Assembly: GCA_963815455.1 (NCBI GenBank)
Contig: CAWFGO010000001.1
Location: 1-64,000 of the forward strand
DNA: 64,000 nt
Origin: an uncultured Verrucomicrobiae bacterium
Lineage (GTDB): Bacteria; Verrucomicrobiota; Verrucomicrobiia; Chthoniobacterales; UBA10450
Reading direction: 5' to 3'
Both the position numbers and the translations under genes were made by a program. Positions within the stretch are counted from its first letter, which is position 1. Every line of letters begins with the position of its first letter. This document shows positions 28,999 through 38,747 of this stretch, one piece after another. Under the pieces are notes generated by a model that was given only the letters and a program-made list of their open reading frames with translations, did not search any database and had not been told where the DNA came from.

Positions 28999-29828
28999 AG
29001 CGCGGGCGGAACGCGCGTCGAGCGCTTGTGTTTTTCATAAATGCAGACTTCGCGGAGGCCGAGGATCGACATCTTCTCGGCCAAACGATCGTAGTTCTCC
29101 GCGAGTTGCGCATAAGAATGAGCATCGGAAGCCGTCGTAAACGGGATCCCCTTCTCCACCGCGAGGCGAATGATTTCGTCGCTCGGATATAGCTCGTTCA
29201 CTGGTTTGCGCCAGCCCGCGGTGGAGAGTTCGATGGCGAGGTCGCGCGAGCGGATGAAGTCGAGAGTCTCGCCAATGATGGACCCAATTTCCGCATCCGG
29301 CCGATGACCGTGAATCTTCACCAGATCGAGATGGGCCAGGCAATCGACCAGGCCGCTCCCCGCGATCTCGCGCACCCGGCGGAAGTAATCCGCGTAGATG
29401 TTGTCGATCCTGCCGGCCTCAAACTGCGCAGCGCCTTCCGGCACGGTGTCGAACATCTGGTCGTCACGATTGAGATAGTGAACAGACCCGAGAACGAAAT
29501 CGAGTTTGTCCCAATTTTTCTCGACCCATTTGCGGCCGGCCGCCGACGTGGCCGGATCGTTGTCGAGTTCAATCCCGGCCCGAATCTTCACATCGCTATT
29601 TTTTTCCCGCAGCCGATCGATCTCGTCGAAATCGATGCCGGCGCAGAAGCGGTCGTGATCGGTAAACGCGATGTCCGTCAATCCACGCCGGCGGGCACTG
29701 TCGATCCAGGGCTGGAGCAGCGCCGCGGCGTACGGCTGCACCCGATGTCCCTGCGGATGGGTGTGGTAATCGGAGAAGAGTTGGTAGTTGATAGTTGATA
29801 GTCGATCGACTGACGTACTCGACGCCAT
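28995..29828 (-). CDS. PHP-family histidinol-phosphatase (HisJ/HisK-like)
   Basis: DYHTHP, FTDH, GIELD, GSVHY, AHLDLVK, SDAH. Confidence 0.85.
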   Translation of the reverse strand: MASSTSVDRLSTINYQLFSDYHTHPQGHRVQPYAAALLQPWIDSARRRGLTDIAFTDHDRFCAGIDFDEIDRLREKNSDVKIRAGIELDNDPATSAAGRKWVEKNWDKLDFVLGSVHYLNRDDQMFDTVPEGAAQFEAGRIDNIYADYFRRVREIAGSGLVDCLAHLDLVKIHGHRPDAEIGSIIGETLDFIRSRDLAIELSTAGWRKPVNELYPSDEIIRLAVEKGIPFTTASDAHSYAQLAENYDRLAEKMSILGLREVCIYEKHKRSTRVPPAL

Positions 29829-29854
29829 CAACTATCAACTAGCGACCATCAACT
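29781..29854. repeat. TAGTTGA/TCAACTA heptamer inverted repeat
   Basis: tagttga tagttga tagtcga ... atcaact atcaact ... atcaact. Confidence 0.75.
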
Positions 29855-30457
29855 TTACGGCGCGGCCAGAAATTTTTGGCGCACACGCAACTCAGGATAC
29901 TTGGGCAAGAAAACCTCGACGATGAAAACCTTGTTCGCCGTCAGGTCCCGGGTGGCGATGGTTTCGTTGTATTCAACATGCTCTCCCGGATTGATCAACA
30001 GTGTTCCAGGCGTTGCCGTCACGGCATGATTGTCGGACCAGCGAGTCAAAATGATCTCGGCCGAATTCATCAGATAAATTTCGATCCGTTGATCGTTGAG
30101 AAAGTCGAGCTCGACGGCGCGCTTTCCCAAGTTGGTCGCGGTCAGCTTGACCTCGAGCTGCCGGATCTCGGAAAGCTTGATCGTTTGCGGTGAAATCTGC
30201 AGATCGAGCACCAGTCCACGCAATTTTGGGTTTTTGTATTCCGGTAGTTCGCGCTTCGAGGAACCACCAAAGGGATGAAAAATGCGATTGAGCCAGCCTC
30301 GCTTTTTGGCTTTTGGCTGTGGAGTGGGCGGCGGGGTGAGGCTCGGGGTCGGGCTCGTCTGGACCAGGTCCGGCGAGGGAGTAGGCACGAACTCCTGGGC
30401 AAAAGCATGCGCGGCGACCAAACAAACCGCGATCAATAATGTGAAACTGAGCCTCAT
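29855..30457 (-). CDS. Secreted protein with BsuPI-like (proteinase inhibitor I22) Ig domain
   Basis: Signal peptide, Pro/Thr linker, LTATNLGKRAVELDF..QRIEIYL...RWSD...INPGE. Confidence 0.7.
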   Translation of the reverse strand: MRLSFTLLIAVCLVAAHAFAQEFVPTPSPDLVQTSPTPSLTPPPTPQPKAKKRGWLNRIFHPFGGSSKRELPEYKNPKLRGLVLDLQISPQTIKLSEIRQLEVKLTATNLGKRAVELDFLNDQRIEIYLMNSAEIILTRWSDNHAVTATPGTLLINPGEHVEYNETIATRDLTANKVFIVEVFLPKYPELRVRQKFLAAP

Positions 30458-30512
30458 GACGGGGTTAAACAGCAAACGTTGCAAATCCTGTCAAACCCTT
30501 TATCAATCGGCG

Positions 30513-30986
30513 ATGAGATCATTGTGCGTGATGGTTCTTTCGCTGCTCCTTTTAGCCTCGCGCGGGGATGCGAAGGATCGACATTGCGTGCTGCGACTCC
30601 ATCTGGAGGCCAATCTCCACGATACCGCCGCTTTCGCCACCTCGGTGCGGGCCAAACTTTCGGGTCGAGACATTGCCATCGAGCGAGTCGCGCGCATTTC
30701 GGAGCGAGACGTTACGGCGTTTTATCCTTACCCGGCAGCCGATGGGAGCTACGGCGCGCTGTTTCAGCTTGATGAACACGGCCGATTGACGCTCGAAGCG
30801 CTCAGTATTGAGCGCCGGGGCAATTTGCTCTTTGTCTTCGTCAATGGCCGGTCGATAACAGAATTGGAAGTCGACAAGCGCGTATCGGATGGAAGGGTCT
30901 ATGTTGCCTCCGGGCTGACCAAAGCCGACATCGAACTAATGAAAAAAGATTGGCGGCTCATCGGCGAAAAGAAAAAGAAACGGTGA
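30513..30986 (+). CDS. Secreted protein resembling SecDF P1-head subdomain
   Basis: Signal peptide; ISERDV...GALFQLDEHGRLTLEALS...LFVFVNGR. Confidence 0.6.
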   Translation: MRSLCVMVLSLLLLASRGDAKDRHCVLRLHLEANLHDTAAFATSVRAKLSGRDIAIERVARISERDVTAFYPYPAADGSYGALFQLDEHGRLTLEALSIERRGNLLFVFVNGRSITELEVDKRVSDGRVYVASGLTKADIELMKKDWRLIGEKKKKR

Positions 30987-32023
30987 TGCGTCCGCTGGTT
31001 TCGGCAATTGCCTTCATTATCGCCATTGCGGGATCCACGGTCACGGGACAGAGCCAGGATCTCGATCTCGTTCTGCCGACCGATAACGACGCGCTCTTCT
31101 CCGGCGGCGGCCCGGCCTTCTATCAATATATCGACCGTATTTACAAAGGGGAAAAATCGGCGCCGTGGGAGGGCGGCCAATACGGTTTCGTCCGCGACCC
31201 GGCCGAGACATCTGAGGGGATTGTTTATACCCGTTTTCACGAAGGAATCGACATCCGCTGCCTGCATCGCGATTCGCGAGGCGAGCCGCTCGACGAAGTA
31301 CACGCCATTGCTGGCGGCACAATTGTGCACACAAACCCGGTGGCGGGCTACTCCAACTACGGCAAATACATCGTGATCGAACATCGCTGGGGCGGCTGCA
31401 GCTATTTCAGTCTTTACGGGCACCTGAGCGAAATTGCGGTGCAGCCAGGCCAGGAAGTGCATCGCGGGGAGCGGATCGGAACGATGGGTCATACCGGCGA
31501 AGGATTGAATCAGGCGCGCGCTCATTTGCATTTGGAATTGAACCTGATGGTCAATCACAATTTCGACGGTTGGTATGCCGCGCATTTCAAGAAGGAGCCG
31601 AATCGCAACGGCATTTACAACGGCCTCAATCTCGCGGGAATGGATATTGCCCGGCTGTTTGTTGCTCTGCGCAAGAATCCGGCGCTCACGATTCCGGAGT
31701 TCCTTGCCGGCGAGGAGACATTTTACAAAGTGACGTTCCCCAAGTCGGCCGGATTCGAATTGCCGAAAACGTATCCGTGGATGGTGGCTTCGCGACCGGG
31801 GACGGAAATGGAATCATGGGAAGTTTCCTTCACCCGTTCGGCGTTGCCGTTAAAGATCGAGCCAAGCGAGAGAAAGGTCGACCGTCCCCAAATAAGCTAC
31901 ATCAAAGAGAGTCCGATCGATTATTCGCTCCTCACGCAACGCCAAATCGCAGGGCGCGGAAAAAAGGCCCATTTTACAGAATCCGGCCACCGCCTGATGG
32001 ATCTTTTTATTTACTCGGATTAG
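30986..32023 (+). CDS. M23 family metallopeptidase
   Basis: FHEGIDI, YGKYIVIEH, YGHL, MGHTG, HLHLE. Confidence 0.9.
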   Translation: MRPLVSAIAFIIAIAGSTVTGQSQDLDLVLPTDNDALFSGGGPAFYQYIDRIYKGEKSAPWEGGQYGFVRDPAETSEGIVYTRFHEGIDIRCLHRDSRGEPLDEVHAIAGGTIVHTNPVAGYSNYGKYIVIEHRWGGCSYFSLYGHLSEIAVQPGQEVHRGERIGTMGHTGEGLNQARAHLHLELNLMVNHNFDGWYAAHFKKEPNRNGIYNGLNLAGMDIARLFVALRKNPALTIPEFLAGEETFYKVTFPKSAGFELPKTYPWMVASRPGTEMESWEVSFTRSALPLKIEPSERKVDRPQISYIKESPIDYSLLTQRQIAGRGKKAHFTESGHRLMDLFIYSD

Positions 32024-32100
32024 CAGCTAGAATCCGCGGCCGGAATTTTTTGAAACACAACCGGCAAGAACGTGTTATGCTCTGGAGGGAGTTAACAGGG

Positions 32101-32868
32101 ATGTCTACGATCACTCGTCGAAAATTTCTCGGGCTCGGCGCTCTTGCCTTCCCGGCAGTGGTTGGGATCGACACCATCGTGCCCACGCCGCCACGTCTCC
32201 GAGTGAGCGACTTGAAACTAAACGAATCCGGCAACTGCCGGTTCGTGCACTTCAGCGATCTGCATTACGTGGGTGAGCGGAAATATGCGGCTGAAGTCGT
32301 CGGCACGATCAACGATCTGAACCCTGAGTTTGTTTGTTTCACCGGCGATCTGGTCGAAGATCGACGATTCGCGCCTGAAGCGCTCAGTTTCATCCGCCAG
32401 ATCAAGGCGCCGGTCTACGGCATCCCAGGCAATCACGATTACTCGAGCCGCTCCCCGTTTTCCGAATACAGACGCAGTTTCACCGCCACCGGAGGCGCGT
32501 GGATGCCGCATCGCAAAACCATCCTGTGCCAGCACGATCTCGAGCTTGTTGGGATGGGAATTACCGGAATGCCCGCTGCTCCTTCGGACGAGGTCACGCG
32601 TCACCTCTTGCTGATGCACTATCCCATCATGGCCGACCGGCTTGGCCAGCGTCAATTCGAGCTGATCCTGGCCGGCCATTCGCACGGAGGCCAGGTTCGA
32701 CTGCCGTTTGTAGGCGCGGTCAGCCTGCCTAGCGGGGTGGGCCCGTACGATTACGGCCGCTACGAGACGCCCGGCGGCCCGCTCTACGTCAACGCCGGGA
32801 TCGGCACGCTGTCCCAGTTCCCGGTTCGTTTCAATTGTCCGCCCGAAATCACGGTCGTGACGATCTGA
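32101..32868 (+). CDS. Calcineurin-like metallophosphoesterase with Tat-like signal
   Basis: TRRKFLG; SDLH, TGDLV, GNHD, GHSHGGQ. Confidence 0.9.
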   Translation: MSTITRRKFLGLGALAFPAVVGIDTIVPTPPRLRVSDLKLNESGNCRFVHFSDLHYVGERKYAAEVVGTINDLNPEFVCFTGDLVEDRRFAPEALSFIRQIKAPVYGIPGNHDYSSRSPFSEYRRSFTATGGAWMPHRKTILCQHDLELVGMGITGMPAAPSDEVTRHLLLMHYPIMADRLGQRQFELILAGHSHGGQVRLPFVGAVSLPSGVGPYDYGRYETPGGPLYVNAGIGTLSQFPVRFNCPPEITVVTI

Positions 32869-32898
32869 GTCGGAGAGCGTCTGGGTCGGGCGGCGGCT

Positions 32899-33381
32899 TC
32901 AACACGAAGTCGGAACGCGTTGGGCCAGCGCGACAGCATGAGGGATCGCGCCGTCAACGAAGCCGAGACATTCCACCGCGCCGCTTGGCTTTCCAGGCAA
33001 AGCAATAACGAGGGAAGAATCTACAATCGCCGCCAGACTGCGCGAAAGAATCGCGTTCGGGGTGATCTTCATCGATTCCCCGCGCATGATTTCGCCGAAA
33101 CCGGGAATTTCCACGCGCATAATGGCGCGGATCGCTTCCGGCGTCACATCGCGCGGGCCGACGCCTGTTCCGCCGGTAGTCAGAATCAAACCGCAGCCTT
33201 GTTGCGAAAACGAGCGGATCGTTTCCTGAATGCGAACGGCGTCGTCGGGGACGATCCCTTCGGCCAGAACCTGCCAGCTCGCTTTTTGAGCGGCGTCTTT
33301 CAGCGCCGGTCCGCCAAGATCGACATATTCACCAGCACTGGCCCGATCGGAAATCGTGATGATGCCAACGGTGATTTGCAT
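32899..33381 (-). CDS. mog: Molybdopterin adenylyltransferase (MogA/MoaB family)
   Basis: ITISDRAS, TTGGTG..PRDVTPEA, PGFGE, LPGKP. Confidence 0.9.
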   Translation of the reverse strand: MQITVGIITISDRASAGEYVDLGGPALKDAAQKASWQVLAEGIVPDDAVRIQETIRSFSQQGCGLILTTGGTGVGPRDVTPEAIRAIMRVEIPGFGEIMRGESMKITPNAILSRSLAAIVDSSLVIALPGKPSGAVECLGFVDGAIPHAVALAQRVPTSC

Positions 33382-33387
33382 TTTATT

Positions 33388-33456
33388 TGTAGCGGCGCTC
33401 TTAGAGCGTCGCATTCTTTCTCTCGATTCGAGCGACGGTCGGAGACCGCCGCTACA
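33388..33456. repeat. GTAG-type REP doublet (TGTAGCGGCG family) between moaC and mog
   Basis: tgtagcggcg...cgccgctaca; 25 nt identical to 54777-54801; supplies the moaC TAG. Confidence 0.85.
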
Positions 33457-33904
33457 GTTTTTGTTTCGTTTTCTCGACTAAGTGGATTCCCGTGATTTGC
33501 ATCTCTTTATCCACGGCCTTGCACATGTCGTAAATCGTAAGTAAGGCGACAGCAACGCCGGTGAGCGCTTCCATTTCGACGCCGGTTTGGGCGACCGTTT
33601 GGGCGGTGCATGTCACTTCGGCGCCGTCGTTCGACGCGACGATTTCGATCCTCACCTCGCCCAGCGGCAAGGTGTGGCAAAGGGGAATGAGCTGGGCCGT
33701 TTGTTTCGCAGCCTGAATCCCGGCAATACGCGCTGTGGCAAAAACGTTACCTTTCGTGATTTGGTCCTTTGAAATCAGATCGAGCGTCTCGCGGTGAAGG
33801 CGAATTTTTCCAGAAGCAACAGCCTTGCGTGCACTCATTGGCTTGGCGGAGACATCGACCATTTGGGCCCGCCCATCGGCGGCAATGTGGGTGAGGCGCT
33901 TCAC
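33452..33904 (-). CDS. moaC: Cyclic pyranopterin monophosphate synthase
   Basis: MVDVSAK, LIPLCH, TGVEMEAL, TIYDMCKAVD. Confidence 0.97.
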   Translation of the reverse strand: MKRLTHIAADGRAQMVDVSAKPMSARKAVASGKIRLHRETLDLISKDQITKGNVFATARIAGIQAAKQTAQLIPLCHTLPLGEVRIEIVASNDGAEVTCTAQTVAQTGVEMEALTGVAVALLTIYDMCKAVDKEMQITGIHLVEKTKQKL

Positions 33905-33912
33905 AGTTCAGC

Positions 33913-34914
33913 TCAGCCACCGATCGCGACCATCTTGCGCCCAGGTTGATAATTGTCGCGGAAATCGTGCTGCTCCGGTTTGCGATCGACCACATCGAGA
34001 AAAAACTGGCGCAGCTCGGCGTCGCTCGCGCCCGCGCGCAACGGTTTCATGATATCAAACTCGAGGTAACTGCCAAGACACGGGCGTAATTTACCGTCGC
34101 AGGTAAGCCGCAGCTTGTTGCAACTCTCGCAGAAGTGCAGGTTCGTCATCGCGCCGATGAAACCGATGCGCTGAGTGCGGCCTGGGATCTGGTAGTACGT
34201 AGCCGGGCCATTCGTCCTAAACGTCGGCTCTGGCATCAGCTCGCCAAAATGCGTTTCGATCGCCCGCTTCGCTTTCAAGATCGACATGAAGTTTTCTTCA
34301 TCGAGCACTTCAGTCGTGCTCACCGGCATGAGTTCGATGAAACGCAGGATCAAATTGCGAGCAGCAGCGAATTCAACAAGCGGAATTAATTGGTCTTCAT
34401 TCCGGCCGCGCATCAGAACACAATTTAACTTTATCTGGTCGAATCCGGCGGCGATCGCCGCGTCGATTCCTTCGAGAGCCTGCGGATGAAAATCGCGCCC
34501 GGTCATCGCGGCATAGACGTCTCGATCCAGGGTATCAAGCGAAATATTCACCGAGCGCACGTCGGCATTCCGCAGGGACTCTGCCATGGTCAGGCCCGGT
34601 TCCGCTTCACGCGCCAGCAGCGTTCCGTTTGTGGAAAGGCCGATGTCGCGAAGACCTTCAATTTTCGGCAGTTCCCGCATCAGATCGAGAACCCCGCGGC
34701 GAGTGAGCGGCTCCCCTCCGGTGATCCGCACTTTGGAGACGCCGAGGCCCGTGGCAATACGAATCAGGCGCAGCGTCTCCTCATAACTCAGGATGTCTTC
34801 GCGCGGCAACCACTCCTGCAACTCCTGTGGCATGCAGTAGGTGCAGCGCTCGTTGCATCGATCGGTGATCGAGACGCGCAGATATGAAATGCGATGGCCG
34901 TAACGATCTTGCAT
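33913..34914 (-). CDS. moaA: GTP 3',8-cyclase (radical SAM)
   Basis: CNERCTYC, TGGEPL, FCESCNKLR...PCL, C-terminal IGG. Confidence 0.97.
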   Translation of the reverse strand: MQDRYGHRISYLRVSITDRCNERCTYCMPQELQEWLPREDILSYEETLRLIRIATGLGVSKVRITGGEPLTRRGVLDLMRELPKIEGLRDIGLSTNGTLLAREAEPGLTMAESLRNADVRSVNISLDTLDRDVYAAMTGRDFHPQALEGIDAAIAAGFDQIKLNCVLMRGRNEDQLIPLVEFAAARNLILRFIELMPVSTTEVLDEENFMSILKAKRAIETHFGELMPEPTFRTNGPATYYQIPGRTQRIGFIGAMTNLHFCESCNKLRLTCDGKLRPCLGSYLEFDIMKPLRAGASDAELRQFFLDVVDRKPEQHDFRDNYQPGRKMVAIGG

Positions 34915-35001
34915 CCAAGCGCAACGTTAGCGGGAATGTAGGGTTGAATCAACAAAGCGGGGCAATTGACTCAACCTAAGGAGACCGTTATGATTTTGGG
35001 C

Positions 35002-35505
35002 ATGAAACGTCATCTTTTTCCGGGCACTCTGGCCTTGGTTATCGCAGTTGGCGCGTTCACTTTGACTGGATGTTCGACGACCCAGACCCGAATTTCCGAC
35101 CATCCCGAGATCTACAATTCGCTCTCGCCCAGCGACCAAGCCCTGGTGAGCGCAGGCAAAATCCGTTCAGGCATGTCGAAAAATGCCGCTTGGTTGGCGT
35201 GGGGTTCACCAGACAGGAAATTCGAAGGGAGCATGCGAGGACGCCAGACTGAAACCTGGGTGTACATCAACTATGAGACAGCCTACCCCTACGGTTATCC
35301 TTATGGTCCATCCTTTGGCTACGGCTTCGGCGGCGTGGGGGTGTTGCGTCGCCATGGACATCACCGGTTCTTCTTCTACGGCAGTCCATTCTATGATCCA
35401 TTTTATTATTCGGCCATTCCGCCAAGTATCCCCGTCCCGTATAAGACCGTTACCTTCACGAACGGGCGGGTCGCCTCTTTCCAATACCGCGTCGAACGTT
35501 ATTAG
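35002..35505 (+). CDS. Lipoprotein, hypothetical
   Basis: Lipobox LTGC; GKIRSGMS...AWGSPD...ETWVY; Tyr/Gly-rich loop. Confidence 0.75.
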   Translation: MKRHLFPGTLALVIAVGAFTLTGCSTTQTRISDHPEIYNSLSPSDQALVSAGKIRSGMSKNAAWLAWGSPDRKFEGSMRGRQTETWVYINYETAYPYGYPYGPSFGYGFGGVGVLRRHGHHRFFFYGSPFYDPFYYSAIPPSIPVPYKTVTFTNGRVASFQYRVERY

Positions 35506-35545
35506 GCCCGGTAGTGGGCGCGTGCCAATCTGCCCGGCATCATAG

Positions 35546-37015
35546 ATGGCTTATCGCTCGTTCCGCAATTTCCTCGACGCGCTGGAGCGAGCCGGTGAAC
35601 TAAAACGGATCTCGGTTCCCGTCGACACGAACCTGCTCATTGCTGAATGGGCGGATCGTGAAATGAAATCGCCCGGCGGCGGAAAGGCGTTGCTCTTCGA
35701 GCACCCGATTGTCGACGGGAAGGAGGCCGCGTTCCCCGTAGCGATCAATACCATGGGATCGCGTCGGCGTATGGCGCTGGCCTTGCAGGTCGCCGATGTC
35801 GAAGATGTCGCGCAGGAGATCCAGCTCATTCTAAAAGCGAAGCCGCCGACTGATCTGCGCGAGGGCTGGAGCTTGCTCAAGCAGGGAATTCATCTGCTGC
35901 ATGCGCGTCCGAAACAAGTAACCGATGCGGCCTGTCAGGAAGTCGTCCACAAGATCGACGATGGCGGCGCTTTTTCCCTAACCGATTTACCGATCCTTAA
36001 ATGCTGGCCGAAAGACGGCGGTCGTTTCATCACCTTGCCAAACGTGCATACCCGCGATCCCGAAACCGGTGCGCGCAACGTCGGCGTTTATCGGATGCAA
36101 GTTTACGATGAGCGCACGACGGCGATGCATTGGCAGATCCACAAGGTCGGCGCCCGACACGGAAAACGTTATTACGAACGCGGCGAACGCATGCCGGTCG
36201 CGGTCACCCTTGGCGGCGATCCCGTTTATACTTTTGCCGCGACGGCACCGCTGCCCGACGGTCTGGACGAAATCTTGTTCTCGGGGTTTCTGCGCAAGAA
36301 ATCAGTCGAAATGGTGCGGTGCAAGACCGTCGATGTCGATATTCCAGCCGATGTCGATTTCGTGCTGGAAGGCTACGTTCAACCAGGTGAAACGCGGCCG
36401 GAAGGCCCCTTCGGCGATCACACCGGTTTTTACACCGCTGTCGAGGACTACCCGGTCTTCCATCTGACCGCGATCGCGCACCGGCGCGACGCGATCTATC
36501 CGACCACAATCGTGGGGATGCCGCCCATGGAAGATTTTTATCTGGGGGATGCGACGGTGCGAATTTTTCTGCCGGTTTTCAAAATGAATTTCCCGGAGAT
36601 CGTGGACATGACGTTGCCGCCCGAAGGTGTGTTTCACAACCTCGTATTCGTCAGCATCCGCAAACAATATCCGTATCAGGCCTTTAAAGTGATGCATGGC
36701 CTGTGGGGCATGGGCCAGATGATGTTCAGCAAATACATCATTGTGGTCGACGAAGACTGTGATGTGCACAACACCAGCGAGGTGCTCTTTCGACTCTGTG
36801 CAAACACCGATCCCGCGCGCGATTCCACGGTCATCAAGAATCCAAGCGATTCGCTCGATCACGCACCCACGGATCAAAATGTCGGTTCGCACATGGGCTT
36901 CGACGCCACGCGCAAGCTACCCGGCGAAAATTACCATCGACAATGGCCGGAGCTTTTGAAAATGACCGACGAAGCGAAGGCGTTGGTGGATGAATTGCAA
37001 AAGAAAACGCGTTGA
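35546..37015 (+). CDS. UbiD-family decarboxylase (menaquinone-pathway type)
   Basis: NVGVYRMQ, EGPFGDHTGFY, PPMED, LDHA, GFDATRK. Confidence 0.92.
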   Translation: MAYRSFRNFLDALERAGELKRISVPVDTNLLIAEWADREMKSPGGGKALLFEHPIVDGKEAAFPVAINTMGSRRRMALALQVADVEDVAQEIQLILKAKPPTDLREGWSLLKQGIHLLHARPKQVTDAACQEVVHKIDDGGAFSLTDLPILKCWPKDGGRFITLPNVHTRDPETGARNVGVYRMQVYDERTTAMHWQIHKVGARHGKRYYERGERMPVAVTLGGDPVYTFAATAPLPDGLDEILFSGFLRKKSVEMVRCKTVDVDIPADVDFVLEGYVQPGETRPEGPFGDHTGFYTAVEDYPVFHLTAIAHRRDAIYPTTIVGMPPMEDFYLGDATVRIFLPVFKMNFPEIVDMTLPPEGVFHNLVFVSIRKQYPYQAFKVMHGLWGMGQMMFSKYIIVVDEDCDVHNTSEVLFRLCANTDPARDSTVIKNPSDSLDHAPTDQNVGSHMGFDATRKLPGENYHRQWPELLKMTDEAKALVDELQKKTR

Positions 37016-37061
37016 CCCCACGTCGGGATCAACGCGTTTTCGTAGACTAGTTGCGTATCGC

Positions 37062-37460
37062 CTAGGGCCTGCGGAATAGCTGGCCCGTATCGACGTCGCG
37101 GGTGAGCCCGCGATGAGGAACACCGCGAAGATCGTAAACGCGGCCGGTATAGGGACTGCGATAGAAACCGGGCCTTCCCGCGTACCGCCCGAATGGAAAG
37201 CCACCCGGAGGAGGCGGGCCGTAACGCGCCGCCTGGTCCTGCTGGATGGCATTACCAATCAGGGCACCGGTGGCTGCGCCGGCAGCTGCGCCAATCGCCG
37301 CGCCGCGCACTCTTCCGGTCGCCGCGGCGCCAATGATCGCGCCCGCTGCGGCTCCGTAACCGGCGCCCTGCCCAGTCGGAGTGTCACAAGAATTCAGGCT
37401 TAACGCCGACAGCGCGATCACCGAGATAATTCCCAAACTTTTTTGCTTCATTTTATTCAT
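37062..37460 (-). CDS. Glycine-zipper lipoprotein
   Basis: Lipobox LNSC; GAAAGAIIGAA..GAAIGAAAGAATGALIG; C-terminal GFYRSPY domain. Confidence 0.8.
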   Translation of the reverse strand: MNKMKQKSLGIISVIALSALSLNSCDTPTGQGAGYGAAAGAIIGAAATGRVRGAAIGAAAGAATGALIGNAIQQDQAARYGPPPPGGFPFGRYAGRPGFYRSPYTGRVYDLRGVPHRGLTRDVDTGQLFRRP

Positions 37461-37526
37461 AGTAATCCTTCCCCTAAATCAAACCCGTAAATTCAGGAAA
37501 GTCGCGCCAATGATTGTTTGACTGTC

Positions 37527-37847
37527 TTACGGTACAACAAAGACTTGCGGCGGCGTCGCGTACTTATCGAGCACGAACATGCCGCTCTTGAGCTGCCGGC
37601 AGTCGTACATCTTGCTGGAATACGGGCTTCTGAAGAAGCCCGCGTTGGCCGTCGCGCTGCGAGAATACTCTTTTATGGCTGTTAAATAGCCTTTCGGTCC
37701 AGGTGGATATTTTTTCTGCGCCTCCTCTTTTTTAATCTCTTTGGCTACAATGGCTCCTTGTGTGCCGGACTGCCCGTAGGTGGGAGCGTTCAGGAGCAGA
37801 TGCCCGACCGCCAAGACTGAAACAATTGCAACGATTTGTTTTTTCAT
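37527..37847 (-). CDS. Secreted protein sharing the C-terminal domain of 37062..37460
   Basis: Signal peptide; PPGPKGY...GFFRSPYSSKMYDCR...FVVP. Confidence 0.7.
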   Translation of the reverse strand: MKKQIVAIVSVLAVGHLLLNAPTYGQSGTQGAIVAKEIKKEEAQKKYPPGPKGYLTAIKEYSRSATANAGFFRSPYSSKMYDCRQLKSGMFVLDKYATPPQVFVVP

Positions 37848-37900
37848 TTTTTATTAGTGTTTCGCAACAGAGAGATTCGACGGATGCCTAGCGCGCAAAT

Positions 37901-38722
37901 TCAAAACAATTTGAAAAGCTGCGCCAAAATCCGACCGGCTTTCTCCAATTTGTTTAGCCGGTATTCTTTTTCGAAAACGCGAAATTTGTCCAGCTCCATT
38001 CTGCGGAGAAGACCGCGATAAATCGAGCCCATGATCTCGGCCGCAACCATCGATTTACGATCTTCGCGCGGCAGCACTGCTGCGGCAGCGGCGAAAAACT
38101 GGCGCGCCCGGGACGCTTCAAAGTTCATTAGACGGACAAAATGCTCGTTATATTGTCGATCCTGCAGTGCCGCTTCGGAGTAGTGAAACCGCGCCAGATC
38201 CTCGAGTGGGAGATAAATCCGGCCATTCTGCAAATCTTTTCCGATGTCGCGGATGATGTTCGTCATCTGCAGTGCCAGGCCAAGCTGAACCGCATATTCT
38301 TTGCAGAATGGATTACGATAGCCAAAAATCTCGATCGAAACCAGACCGACGGCGCTGGCAACCCGATAGCAATAGACCCGCAGCTCTTCAAACGTCGCGT
38401 AGCGGACGATGTTCAAATCCATTTCCACTCCGGCAATTATCTCCTCGAGCATCGCCGGCGACAGCGAGTATTTGTCCATCAAGTGACGAATATCGGCTGC
38501 GAGTGCTGGTTCGCCCGGAACGACTCCTCGCAGCATCTGGCGCCAAGCATCCAAACGGCTTTGCTTTTCTGAAACCGCCAGCTCCGACGAATCGGAAATA
38601 TCGTCAATTACGCGACAGAACGCGTAAAAGATCGTGATGTCGCGGCGCCGTTCGGGACCGAGCGAAATAAACGCGAGAGCGAGATTCGATTTGCTCTGAC
38701 GAGTAATACTTGCCGCGTTCAC
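37901..38722 (-). CDS. Squalene/phytoene synthase family, HpnD-like presqualene diphosphate synthase
   Basis: YAFCRVIDDISD, YCYRVASAVG, LQMTNIIRDIGKD, GRIYLP. Confidence 0.88.
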   Translation of the reverse strand: MNAASITRQSKSNLALAFISLGPERRRDITIFYAFCRVIDDISDSSELAVSEKQSRLDAWRQMLRGVVPGEPALAADIRHLMDKYSLSPAMLEEIIAGVEMDLNIVRYATFEELRVYCYRVASAVGLVSIEIFGYRNPFCKEYAVQLGLALQMTNIIRDIGKDLQNGRIYLPLEDLARFHYSEAALQDRQYNEHFVRLMNFEASRARQFFAAAAAVLPREDRKSMVAAEIMGSIYRGLLRRMELDKFRVFEKEYRLNKLEKAGRILAQLFKLF

Positions 38723-38747
38723 AATTCACTCCAACAACGCCATTGTC

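Noticed and set aside
31570..32100. Long N-terminal extension of the metallophosphoesterase ORF
   Set aside because: Overlaps the M23 gene in another frame; the Tat-like start at 32101 is more plausible.
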